From Octopus sinensis (taxonomy: Eukaryota), in contig NC_043004.1 of assembly GCF_006345805.1 (NCBI RefSeq), forward strand, positions 26,784,001 through 26,848,000: DNA of 64,000 nucleotides. Reading direction: 5' to 3'. A model generated the notes under the pieces. It saw only the letters and a program-made list of their open reading frames with translations, was not told where the DNA came from and did not search any database. Each line of letters starts with the position of its first letter. The first letter of the stretch is position 1. Position numbers and translations under genes: made by a program. Below are positions 51,663 to 64,000 of the stretch, one piece after another.

Positions 51663-53119
51663 TATATATATATTTTTAAGAAATCTCCCAAATTTCATTT
51701 CATAAAATCAAACCTTAAAATGAATACCGTTAGTCTTTATTTACTGACCTTTATGCGCAGATATGAATGGTTGTTGAACTTTGTCACAAATAGCCACCGC
51801 TGTTGACCTTAACACCAATTAAATAAATCTCTTAATTTTACAGTGTATATTGGCCAATATATTTTGTCTTCATTTTTATTAACTTTTAAATGTTGTGATT
51901 TACTTTTGTTATGTTGTAAATAGCCATTTTTTGAAGTTATAGTTTATAAAATAGATGATGTTTGCAAAGAAAAAATTAGTTGTTTATCTTTTAATTTTTT
52001 TCTGGCGGTTTTTACATGATTTTTCAGATATTCCCATACGCATGCCACGTAAACTAATGCTCATACACTTACATCTTCAAAATAAATTTGATATTGTTTC
52101 TGTTTAGCAGTGGATGGTCCTCATCGCCTGTAAATTGAAACAATATTACATTTTAATTTTCAAAGCTGGGTGGGTAAGGCTAGAATCAGAGCAATTCCTG
52201 CCAGGGATCTGGTGTAATGCCATGGAGAACATGAAATGTGGCTGAGGTTGAACCTGTATAAATATTTAATAATACATTAATTAGCCCATCCTTGAATGTA
52301 TTTTGGAGCCAGATCAGGCATTTGGCAAAATCAGCTCAGGCCTATATTGAGGCTTCTCAAGTTGAACAACCATACATCAGCCCAACCTCGTTTTCATATC
52401 GGACTGATGTCACCTTGATGTGAGTATGACATTGGGCTGATGACAACCTGATGTAAGAGACCAAAATCTCACATCGGCCCAACCTCAAATTCATATGGGC
52501 CCAACAACAGGAAATATGTCGGACTGTTGTTGCACCGTGTTGCAAAATGAAATTAGAACAAAATCAATACAACAAAATTTCTGATGTAGGGCTGATATAG
52601 GTAACAACATTGGTTTGATATAGACCCGATTTGGTGTATATAAATCTATATTATTTCCTGAATAAGATAAAAAGAAGTCCTTTTGCTGTTGTTAAGTAAA
52701 TGAAATACAAAATGTAATTATCCTTGTCATTGCTACTAGCATTGTATAAAGTATGTACTCACTAATGTAATGGTTGATGCCATCCATAAACAGTACAGTT
52801 GTTGTCAGGGGGAAATATTGAGGCTAATTATCCACATATTATACTGTAAAAAATCATTAGTAAAAGAAATGTCTCTTATTTGACAACAATATATCTTGCT
52901 AAGAAAGGAAGAAGTTATCCACATTAGATAAGCAGAAACTGAAGTTTGGAAACATAAATGGTCTGGAATGCAAACCCTAGGACTAAAAAGCTATACACAC
53001 AACACAGACATAATAGCTTTGCTTAACACTCACACACACACACATATGTGCATACGTATGCATACACATGCACATATCTATCTATCTGTCTATCCGTTTA
53101 ACTATATATATATATATGT

Positions 53120-53395
53120 ATGCCTGGCCCCTGTGCCGGTGGCACGTAAAAAGCACCATCCGTCAGTGGCCATTTGCCAGCCCCGTCTGGCACCTGTGCG
53201 GGTGGCACGTAAAAAGCACCCACTGCACTCACGGAGTGGTTGGCGTTAGGAACGGCGTCCAGCTGTAGAAACACTGCCAGATCAGACTGGGCCTGGTGCA
53301 TCCTTCTGGCTTCCCAGACCCCAGTTGAACCGTCCAACCCATGCTAGCATGGAAAGCGGACGCTAAATGATGATGATGATGATGATGATGATGAT
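53120..53395 (+). mobile_element. RTE-tailed repeat (family 3) with two internal units
   Basis: GTGGCACGTAAAAAGCACC twice, then the family tail and (GAT)n. Confidence 0.8.
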
Positions 53396-53851
53396 ATATT
53401 ATGCCATGTATTTTAAGTAGAGAAGGATAAACATTTAAAGCCCAAGACTTAGACACAGCATAGAGAAAATAGTGTTATTAGATACTACACATATATCATG
53501 TGAAATACTTTTAGCAGAGGAGGATAAAGATCTGAAAAATCAACAACAACCACACTGAACACACTCAAAGACACACTGACAGGAGTTAGAGCAGTGAGAG
53601 TACACAATACATATAACTACTAAAACAGCTCATAATAATGATGATGATGATGATGATAGTGAAATATTAAACGTTATCATTGCAATAATCATCAGATTAA
53701 GTCGTATTATATTTAATATTAGTAAAGACAGCCGCAGTTCAATCTCTGACAGAATTTTTATCTCATTTTCTGCAGACGAATTTTACCATTAACTATAGCT
53801 GTCTTTTACATATATTTGCGTGTATACACTGTGTGTGCGTGCATGTGTGCG

Positions 53852-53900
<49 letters not shown>

Positions 53901-54985
53901 GCATATTTACATACATCTACATACATACTTCAGACATACATACAAATGCACATATTATGTTTAGATGACTGTCTCTTAGGTTTTCGCTTTTCTGGTTTTG
54001 GTGGTGACGATGGTGATGCTGTTGACAGAGATGCTAACGATTATGTGGATGTCTAATATAGTCGTTGTGATGCTGGGGGTTGTTTACAACACTATATTTG
54101 CTTTAATTACCATCTTCAGTCATCATCACCATCATCATCGTCATCATCATCATCAATGATATATCCTCATTTTTACTATACTACCACCACAACCACCACC
54201 ACCACCACCACCACCATCATCAACAACACCAATGTCATTCAGTGTTGTGACGGTGTGATTTAAATGCCCCCTGATGTCCTCTTTTGCTTTATCAAACCAT
54301 TTGTCTCTATGTTAAATGGTCCATCAAATAAGGGTGTTGGTGAGGAGGAGCAGGTATGAGAGTGTATAATCATGCAGACATATAACGTAATAATGTAATA
54401 ATAATAAAGTAATGAGAAAGGTGAGAAGAGGTAGTGAAATAAAGTTGTTTTTTGTTTGTTTTATATCCGTGTTTTAGAGAAAAATGAGTTGAACTGGGAC
54501 TCATTGTTAAAACACAAACTAATGTTCTTAACAGGCTTTAGCTTTATGACACTTTAAACAATTCATTTTATTCTTTGTAATGGCAAATGTCTAAATGGTT
54601 GTTTTAGAAGAGGAACAATTAATCTGAAGTATTTTATGTTTTAGTGAAGGATAGGAAAAAAGGCCAGCACCCTTTGACCTTTTGTGGAGCTTGGTTGAAT
54701 GGTGGAAGGAATGAAGGAAGAAAGCACAAATCAGAAGTAGCTTTCCACTGAAGATCTAAATGAAATGTTTGAAACACAGGCTTCTACTGAAAGTACCTTA
54801 AGGCACTGGGATACTTCTTCAGTCTTTTTATATTTTTGAGTTCAAATCCTACCAATGTCAACTTTGCTTTCAACCTTTAATCAACAAACACCTTCCTCCA
54901 CATTGCTGGCCTTGTGCCTATGTTACAGTGACACCTGAGTGGTAAGTAGACACCCCTTTGTGTCTTCTCTAAATTCTGTCCGGTT

Positions 54986-56960
54986 ATGATGGGGTGTTTA
55001 AGAGCAGGTAGTAGAAATGTTTGTGGCTTGGGGTTGCCCTGGAAGCAGAGTTGCCTGCTCAATCACCTCAGGTCACTATCTATGAATGTAACAGCCAGGA
55101 TTTCTGACACGTGATCTTGGACGATTTCAAGATCTATGTATCTCTTAGTCAGCCTGAAAATGGGGTTGGGTGGCAGTGCTGTTTAGGAAAATCCTGGATC
55201 TCGAGGTACAGACGATCTTCCTGGACCCGGAAGGTAAGTTGGTGGTCCTGGATGTGAACAACAGCAAAGATGATGCTTTCAGACAAGTTGCTGTGTGCAC
55301 CCCAACTGGGGCAGGGCAGCCAGATTTCTTCAGACATTTGGAGGTTTTCCTTGGAATATCTTGCTCTTTCATTATAGTGGGCGATTGGAATGACATTTTG
55401 GATGTATGCCTGGATAGGGTGACGCTAGCCAATAGAAGAGAGGGGTACAGAAGCCTTACAAACCTGCTCAGTCATCTCCAATTGACTGACAGGTACCGAC
55501 CGAACTTCCTGTATGCACCAATGTGGACATGGGCAAAGAGCACTGGGTCTTCCAGATCATATTTAGATAGGATATTCTGTAGGCCAGTAGATAGTAGCAT
55601 ATGTTGTCCACAGTTCAAAGTCATCAGCTACACAGTCCACAAATTTGTAATCTGCACAGTCAACCTGGATAAGATCCACAAGCAGGGCCCTGAGTACTGT
55701 CAAGCATTCAGAAACCAGGTTAACAAGCTAGTACATCAGAATTTGGAGGGTGCAATAGTCAACAATTGTTGGTGGATAGCCCTGAAAAGGGCTGTAAGAG
55801 TAGAAGCAGTAAAATTTAGTAAGGAAATATCCTTAGAGAAATCTAGGATAGAGGGAGGGCTAGTTCGGAAGCTAGATGAGGCACTTCGGAGCGGCATTGA
55901 GATTAACATGATGGTGGTGAGATTAGCTCTTGATCAATTCTTCAATGCCAAACACAAAGATTGCGTTGTCAGAGCTAGCGTGCATGTTCTAAGACATGGG
56001 AGGATGAAAGCCATTCAATGGGCCCAAGTGGAAGAGGTGCAATGTGGAAACAAAGCCACAATTCGGTCTTTGATGGGCTGGGATGGCGTATGCTACATGA
56101 ATTCAAGCAGATGTGTACGGAGGTTCAGTGGCAATTCACCAAACTTTTCGAGACGTGTGGAGTTTTGCGAAATGCTGATAACAGCCGAAGACATATGAGA
56201 TATGATGACGAGCTACACAAGGGAAAAGTCTCCGGGGCTGAATGGTCTGACCTTTGAGCTTTAACTTCATATGCTAGACTTGTTCGGAGATCTCTTGGTA
56301 GATGTCTACCACAACTGGTAGCAAAATGGGAGAATACTCAGTGCTGTGAGCTGTGGTACCATGGTGCTGCTGAGAAAGGACTCGAACAATGGGGACCAAT
56401 TAGATAATTTTAGGCCCATAACTCTTCTGAATGCAGATTATAATATTTTGGCCAAAGTGTCAGCAAGAGGTTGGCGCTTGTCATCTATAAACTGGTCGGT
56501 GATGCACAGACATGCGCAATTCCGAAAAGATCTACCCTGGACAACCTCCACCTCATGTGTTACATCATAGAAAGCGTAGTGAAGGAACCTGACATGGGTG
56601 GGGCCCTGATCAATTTGGATCAATCGAAAGCTTTTGACAGGGTTGACCATCAATACCTAGAGGCTGTCCATCAGTGCTTGGAGGCAGCCGGTTTCGGTCT
56701 TGTTTTTAGAGGCTGGATCACTGCAATGTACGGTGACATCTGTTCCGTGGTCAAAGTAAACAGCCACCTATCGAAATCGGTTAGCATCGCTCGTTCAGTC
56801 TGTCAAAAGATACCCACTCTCTTCCCTGCTGTACATGCTGGCTCTCAAGCCATTACTAAGGAAGTTAGATATTTCAAGGTGCATTGAGAGTGATCTAGGA
56901 TGCAGGCATCACCGTAATAGTGTCGGACAGTCTGGAAATCGAGATGATCGGCAAAATATA
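54986..56960 (+). mobile_element. Tx1/L1-like LINE ORF2 remnant (endonuclease and RT)
   Basis: GSRNVCGL; IIVGDWND..LD; SYLDRIF; SPGLNGL; NFRPITLLNADY.ILAK; QTCAIP.R; LDQSKAFDRVDH; LSSLLYMLAL. Many stops and frameshifts; 3' end absent. Confidence 0.88.
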
Positions 56961-57070
56961 AGTTAGTCCTAGAGCACACAATATTCCTAATGGTCTTCCT
57001 AATGGTCTTCCTCAGGAATGAGTGGACGGCCATCATATCCTCATATACTTGATATGCATACACACACATA

Positions 57071-57237
57071 TTCTTTGACTTGTTTCAGTCATTTTGACTG
57101 TGGGCATGCCAGAGCACCACCTTTTAGTCAAAGAAATCGACCCCTGTACTTATTCTTTGTAAGTTATAAGGATGTAAACACAGCAAGATCGGTTGTCAAG
57201 CGATGGTAGAGGGACAAAAACAGACACAAACACACAA

Positions 57238-57272
<35 letters not shown>

Positions 57273-57438
57273 CACAACAGGTTTCTTTCAGTTTCTGTCT
57301 ACCAAATTCATTCACAAGGTTTTGGTTGTGCTGAGGATAAAGTAGAAGTCACTTGCCCGAGGCACCATGCACTGGAACTTAACCTGGAACCATGTGGTTG
57401 GGAAGCAAGCTTCTTACCACACAGCCACACCTGTGCCT
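57071..57438 (-). mobile_element. SINE family 1, reverse orientation
   Basis: Reverse complement of tail, (TA)n, core and head. Confidence 0.85.
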
Positions 57439-58200
57439 ATATATAATACATCTAGGACAAAAATCAAATTATAGAGGAAGAAAAACAAAATTAATCTTTC
57501 ACATTTTTAGCTGTGAAGCCAAAATCTTCTCTGTACAAGATGGTTGTCTATAATTTAATGATAGAATATTTCTGGAACTGATTGCAACCAGGAGTTTACA
57601 ACCATTTTAGTTCCACTAAAATTGATGCTTTCTTACACACTTAATAAGTAGTTCCTGCTATTGTCATTGCTGTTGTTGTTGTTGTTGTCTGCTCGGACTA
57701 ACAATATGGATTTATCTAACCAGACCAGTGTTTCAATTACCATTTCTAACCTTAGACGTGATATCTTTATTAGGAGACAAGTTGTCTTATAATTTAACAG
57801 ATTAAAATACCAGGACACCATCTTAAGTAAATTATCTAAAATATCTAGTTGACATTTTAAGATGGGAATCTATTTTCTAATGCAACTCAAAATATCTTGT
57901 CTGCATTTTCAAGAAGATAAGGTGTGTGGTAAATATAAATTATTTAAAATACTTGGTCTAAGTGGCATAGCATCAAGATGTGCAGGATGTGTAGACCCCA
58001 CAGGAGAGCTATTCTCTCTCCATATATAAATATATGTTTGGATGCAGTAGTTGAAGGCTTGTTACATCAAAGACAGAGGAAATCAGTTTCACTAGCAAAC
58101 AAGTCAGCCAAAAAAAAATACCATGTTATGTCACTTTTAAGGACAGGGTGCTAGTTTATGTCTTTATGAAAATGTAAACCTGTTAAATATCGTTGTTAGA

Positions 58201-58397
58201 TATAAGATTTCTATGAGAGGTCGTTATACCTGTGAGAGGAAGTAGGACAGTCTATAATTGCTGGAGATATTTGCTCTACAATCTGGTCGGGTTGGGGGCC
58301 TCATGACAGGGTTTATGTAGTGTTTGTGGTCTTTGCATAACCTGTATAGTGTAGGAACATCATTGTTGGATGCTTGGAAATTGTGTAAGTCCGTTTC
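58201..58397 (-). mobile_element. Inverted upstream RT segment of the adjacent Penelope-like element
   Basis: Minus: DVPTLYRLCKDHK..PPTRPDC..NYRLSYFLSQV*RPLIE (PLE LY.L.K.HK..RP motif). Confidence 0.7.
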
Positions 58398-58409
58398 TTA
58401 GGTTGGAGT

Positions 58410-59957
58410 ATGTTGCACAACAATCAGGTGAAAGGAATGATTGTATATGCAATAGGAGCTAGCATAAGAACCACCTTCAAGAACCACATAGTAAAGTTTA
58501 ATAAGAAACTATACATGCAGGTTCAAGGTGCAGCCATTGGTGTCAGTGTAGATGGAGATGTGGCCGGCCACTTCATGACCTGGTAGGACAGAAAACTTAA
58601 ACAATCTTTAGTAGAACATTCTACAGCTCTCTTACTTTAGAGTAGGTATATAGGCGACATTAATATCCTAGACAAGACCATCTCTAGTAATGGTAATGCA
58701 GAAACTAAGAGGAACATAATGGAGAGCACCGAACAAGTAGCTAACTCCATCTACCAGAGTATCAAGGTAACTATAGATTACCCCATTAGGAACCCCAACA
58801 ATAGACTCACCATCCTTGATACCGAACTTTGGTTAGAGACTGAATAACAGAGTGCAGCTCCTCCACCTATTACATGAAACCCATAGCTTCTAAATATGTT
58901 GTTCACAAGAACTAAGTTTTGTCACATAACAAGAAAATTAACATACTGATAGCAGACTTAGTTAGGATAATGAACAATGTGTCCCCACTATACAAACCCT
59001 ATGAAACAAAGAAACATGTACAGAAATTCATGCACAACATGCAGTTCTCTGGATATGATCAGAAAGATAGGGTTCAAGTATACAAGGGTGCTAAAAAGAA
59101 GTTAGATAACATTATATATTTCTTTACTACTCACAAGGGGCTAAACACAGAGAGGACAAACAAGGACAGACAAACGGATTAAGTCGATTATAACTGGTAC
59201 TTAATTTATCAACCCGGAAGGATGAAAGGCAAAGTCGACCTCGGCGGAATTTGAACTCAGAATGTAACGACAGATGAAATACGGCTACGCATATCGCCCG
59301 GCATGCTAACGTTTCTGCCAGCTAGCCACCTTTTAGATAACATTATATGTAATGAAACTAATGAGACCTGCCCTAGATATAGAAGTAAAAACTGGAATAG
59401 AATACAAAGAGCTTGTGACAAAGGAAACCTGGTGATCATGTGGTATAAAACTGACAAATGTCAAGGAGTGATGCTTGTAGAGGCCAAAGCCCATGGAGAA
59501 CTAGCTCATAGATTTAGGAAAGCTCTGAAGGAGACCAAACTCAACATTAAGATTGTTGAAAAGCCAGGGATCTCCATCAGCTCACAGTTATGTAGGACGT
59601 ACCCCATTGAGAATACCACATGTACCAATGATAACTGCATGGTGCGTAGGATTAACCCTGGCATTAACTGTATAACTAGAAGTGTAGTCTACAGCATAAG
59701 ATGCAGAAAAGGTGCTTGACATGAACATGACATACATAGAAGAGACATCTAGGAGCATTGCAGAAAGACTAAATGTACATTTGAAACAATATGACAACAA
59801 AAAACAGTCCTATATACTCTACCAGCACGGAGGCAACCTGGGTCAACTTGACATGTGCATTTTATTCAAGCACCGAAAGGACCTAACCCTCAGACAAATA
59901 CAGGAGTATGTCTTCATAAATGAAACTTCCCCAGTACTAAATAGGAAATATACATAG
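58410..59957 (+). mobile_element. Penelope-like element RT plus GIY-YIG endonuclease, degenerate, SINE-interrupted
   Basis: NHIVKF..LYMQVQGAAIG; RYIGD (YVDD decay); LTILD; YMKP..S; FSGY; VVYSIRC..TYIEETSRSIAERL..H (GIY-YIG). Confidence 0.85.
59118..59332 (-). mobile_element. SINE family 2 inserted in the PLE ORF with 16-bp TSD
   Basis: TSD TTAGATAACATTATAT at 59102-59117 and 59333-59348. Confidence 0.9.
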
Positions 59958-60765
59958 CAGGTAGTCATACACCTGTACCCACAGTTTATATTTATATACA
60001 AGTAGAATAGTTAGTGGGGTGTTATGTAGATGTATGTGTGTGTGTGTTGTGTGTATGTATGTAGGCAAATGGATATGAATGTAAACAGATAGACATACAG
60101 ACGGATAGGTACATAGGTAATATGAACAGACAAGCACACATACACACATACATATGCAAATGAAGGCTGAAACACATGACCATATACACACACACTTCAC
60201 TTCACACAAGGACACATATGGAGACACACATCCATACATACAGGCACAGTATATAGTCACAAAACCCATACACAGACACACTCAGACACACACACACAAG
60301 GAGACAGAGGTACACAGACACACACACATGCAAACACACACACAAAAAACACAAACACGAACACACAAACATATATGTATGTACACACATATATATATAC
60401 ATATGCATACACATGCACACACACTCATACATGCATACACACACTAAGATGTATACATACATACATACATACATAAATACATACATACACAAATACATGT
60501 GTATGTGCATACACACTGACCCACACACATGTGCACAAACAAACATAAAGAACACAGCTTGGATAATGGAATGGGTCAATGACTATTGAAAAAGTTGCAA
60601 GACGCAACAAAAACTTTAGGAAAAATGAATAAATGAGAGGAAACCTTACTAGTGAGTGTGTTAAATTATAAGGCACTAAAAGAGAATGACTCTCCCCAGA
60701 CACAGCAAAATTTATTTCAACATACGAACACACATAAAGAATCTTACAAACCATCTCCGAAAACG

Positions 60766-60846
<81 letters not shown>

Positions 60847-61859
60847 TATACATATTTATATATCAACTACAGTAGTAGTTGTATAATATTCTTAACGTAA
60901 CATTTTTATCACAGTCGGCATCTTCCAAGCAGTCTCACTAAATCAGTTTTAATTGAAATGAAATTTAGTTTTTGAATTATGTTTGACTAGTGATAAGCTA
61001 CATTTAGGCATGAAATACTTAAAATCTGGTGCAGTAGAACAAAAGTTAAGAGATAATATGTATAGACCAAACTGGTTGACTGACGAGTAGTAATGCCTGA
61101 CATCGATACTTTGAATTCATGCCATTCTTTTAATTTTCATTAAGAATTATTATATTGATATTAATATGAAAGAGAAATGTTAAAGGAATATACTGGTAAA
61201 GGTTTCGTAAAATTTCATCCATTAGAAAAAAAAGGTATTTAATTTTAATTCTCAAATTTTTATCAATTTTTGCATGATATTAAAGGAACACTACTCATAT
61301 ATGAAATTAAACTATTTCTTAGGCACACACACAACAAAAGATAAAAGACAACACAAATCGATACAAAGAGTTCAAATATTTACTTTCATTATTTTAAATT
61401 ATTTTTTTTTAAATGAAATTTTTGGGCTTAATTTTTTGTAGTATGGATTTTTAAAATCTATTTTTGAATAGATTATTTTAATAACTAGATTATTTAATAA
61501 AATACTTTTATTTTTTTGATTTTGTCTCCATGAGCAGTACTGAATCGTGTAGTAGGGCTGTTCAGAAAAGGGAAATAGCAAAAATTCTAATATTTTAACA
61601 GTCAATTTTCACTATTTTAAAATTTTCAAACATAGAGTTAATTATTTGCATGCTAAAAATGACTTTATTTATAATTTATTCATTAATTTTATAGTGAATA
61701 TATGTTTAAAATTTTTATTGCCTTCGCAGCATTTACCGTTTTACAAAAGCAAACTAGAAAACTGGACAAAACAGAGAACAAAACTGAAAAAATTTAAAAG
61801 AAAAAAACGAGAGAAAGAAGAGAAAAAGGAAAAAAACAAAAAAAAAAAAAATTCACCGC

Positions 61860-63000
61860 TAGGTTGAAAAATTGGGGGCTCTGGGAAACCCTTCTAATGG
61901 CTATTGAGACACACCAGCATGCTTGCAGTGTTGCTGTGGGTGATGGCAAGGCTGATGCGCTGGAACAGCCAAGCACCCTCACAAGCCTCACCAGTTACTT
62001 CTGCAAGGCGAGTTGCCAGTGAAGACAGGAATCTTACAGTAACTGATTCGACCCCACCAAACATCTCGAACGGCACAGGGTGGAAAATGAAGTTGGCCGA
62101 CAGGTCACAGTAGTTCAGGATTTTGTTTCACTTGGTGGCAGAAGCTGTGGATTTTGCCCTGACTGCAGCATCCAGGATGTGAGAAGAAGCAAAGAAGTTG
62201 CTAACTGTGACATCCCAGATAAGGCATCTGCCTTGCAACCAGAGGCACAGGGTGGGTCCGTCAAGTCTCTTCCCATCACATCTGGACAATCCAGATGGTT
62301 CCAAGGTGGAGGGGATGTTTACCCAGGCCAGGCTCTTGAGTATCAGGCTCAACTCCATATGACGCATGAAGCAACCAGCATTCAGGCAGCAAGAAAGACC
62401 ATGGAGGCCTGTGGAGTCAAGGAGCCTGCCACAACAACATATCAAACCCATGCATATGTCATCTCCCACTCTGAGGGCAAGGGAAACACGAAGTTCGTCC
62501 AAGCTGAGTAGGCCATCAACTTTAGCCACAGGGATGGCATCAATTCAGTCACCTGAGTATTTGGCACTAGCAGACAGTAAGCGGGACCTCGAAAACTGGT
62601 CCGACAGGATGAAGAGGAAGTCGAAGGTGGCCTTTGAAATTATGTTGTCCCAAGCTCTCTATCTCCGACAGTCCTCTGCCTTCTCAGGAGCAGACAAGCC
62701 CAATTCCCTCCAGTGTTATAGAGCTTCATCCAATTTCCTGTTGGAACTGGTCCATGTTGGTGAGGAGAGGATGTTGCTCACCAGAGTGGAGCAGGCGTGG
62801 GTGGAGGAAAGGAAGCAGGGAAGAGAGAGGGATGAACACATGCAAAGCCCAAGACCTCCGAGTCGCTTGGGCAATGCAGCCTGACTGCAGGACATTGGAG
62901 GGAGCCTGACATTGACTAAGCATTTGAGTCTCTCAAAGATTAGGTTGCCAAAACATTGGAGGCATGATGGGAAATTAGTAAGATGAGCTGACTCTGAGTA
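61860..63000 (-). mobile_element. CRE/SLACS-like non-LTR element C-terminal region (CCHC finger and restriction-like endonuclease)
   Basis: ICCCGRLLDSTGLHGLSC..RH..LEPSGLSRCDGKRLDG..LW..G..LIWDVT; then FHPVPFEMFG..FL..LA.RL..AWLFQRISLAI..N. Confidence 0.8.
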
Positions 63001-63059
63001 AATATAGAAGCTTAGAGATCGAGAGGTAATTCCTAAGTATGAAAAAAAACCTTGATGGG

Positions 63060-63466
63060 GTTCGATAACTTCTATTGGGGATAGCTTTGGTTTTCACGAG
63101 TCCTGCTTTTGTTTGGAGCTGTAGCACTGTCTGCCATTTATTCATAGGGTATCTTATGTATTTTATAATTATTGTTGCTACTTTGTTAATGGCTAGTGTT
63201 TCGAGGGTCTATGTGTGGAGAACACTATCAAAAGCCTTTTGGTAGTCGATCCAGGCCATACTAAGGCTTTTCTTCTTTCTACGGCTGTCTTCAGTTATGG
63301 CTTTATTAATCATTAGTTGATTTTCACAGCCATATGAGCCCTTGCAGCATCCCTTCTGCTCTTCTGGAAATAGGTTTTTTTCTTCCAGATGCTTGCTTAA
63401 TCTTTGCGATATTATTGCAGTAAAGGCTTTGTACATTGTAGGGAGACAGGTTATAGGTCTGTAGTT
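63060..63466 (-). mobile_element. R4/Dong-like RT fragment abutting a (TTA)n tract
   Basis: YRPITCLPTMYK..EEQKGC.KG..GC..QLMI.KAI..LSMAWIDYQKAFDSV.H; the 5' junction is the microsatellite. Confidence 0.7.
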
Positions 63467-63467
63467 G

Positions 63468-63479
63468 TTATTATTATTA

Positions 63480-63543
<64 letters not shown>
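63468..63543. repeat. (TTA)n microsatellite
   Basis: Direct reading. Confidence 0.95.
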
Positions 63544-64000
63544 GACATGTGGATAGGAAATGGAATAAAATTACAAGTAGGGTAGTCATGCTGAAAGAGA
63601 GCTACCATTGAAAGGTCAAACCAAAATGCTGCATGCATATATTGCCCCATCATATATTGCCCTTGTTTTCTCTGGACAAGATCACTTCTTGAGAAAAAAG
63701 ATGTGTTCAATAGTTAGGAGACCCATCTATTGTTAACATCCTTACATAGAGAACTTCGCATGCCATACTGCCAATGATGAGACATGTGTTAGAAGTATGA
63801 CATCTGCAAATATTTCTAGATAGAGCGGAGGTAGATTTGCCTCAGTTCATCTCTTTGACAAAGTTGCAGCTTGCATCAAGCAGAGACCTAGACTAAGAAA
63901 TTGTCTAGAATACTATCAGGACACACAGTACTCCACCACTTAGGCAATACAGTCAATGGAACTTCCATTTTGACTTTCTATAGAGAACTAGTGGTGGAGA

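Overview
Repeat-saturated, AT-rich eukaryotic DNA with very dense (TA)n/(TG)n/(CA)n and trinucleotide microsatellites. No host protein-coding exon could be supported. The tRNA-derived SINE families resemble those I recall from octopus genomes, so a coleoid cephalopod origin is likely (inference, not searched). All recognisable coding remnants are transposon-derived: RTE, CR1, Tx1/L1-like, CRE-like and R4/Dong-like LINE fragments; three Penelope-like element (PLE) remnants; a Gypsy 3' end with PPT and LTR; two mariner copies, a Tc1 and a maT-like transposase; MITEs; a non-autonomous Helitron; and about 25 SINE copies. The most interesting signal is a set of short non-coding modules sitting in (TA)n tracts that carry type I hammerhead-ribozyme-like folds (11952-11989, 12228-12276, 12914-12956, 26220-26291 on minus, 32076-32113, degenerate 60583-60619). 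Several are paired with an upstream inverted partial copy of themselves, as expected for Penelope pLTRs or retrozyme-like elements. Other points: a near-identical 1.1 kb tandem duplication, several unexplained long hairpins and a diverged direct-repeat pair with a conserved splice-donor-like motif.
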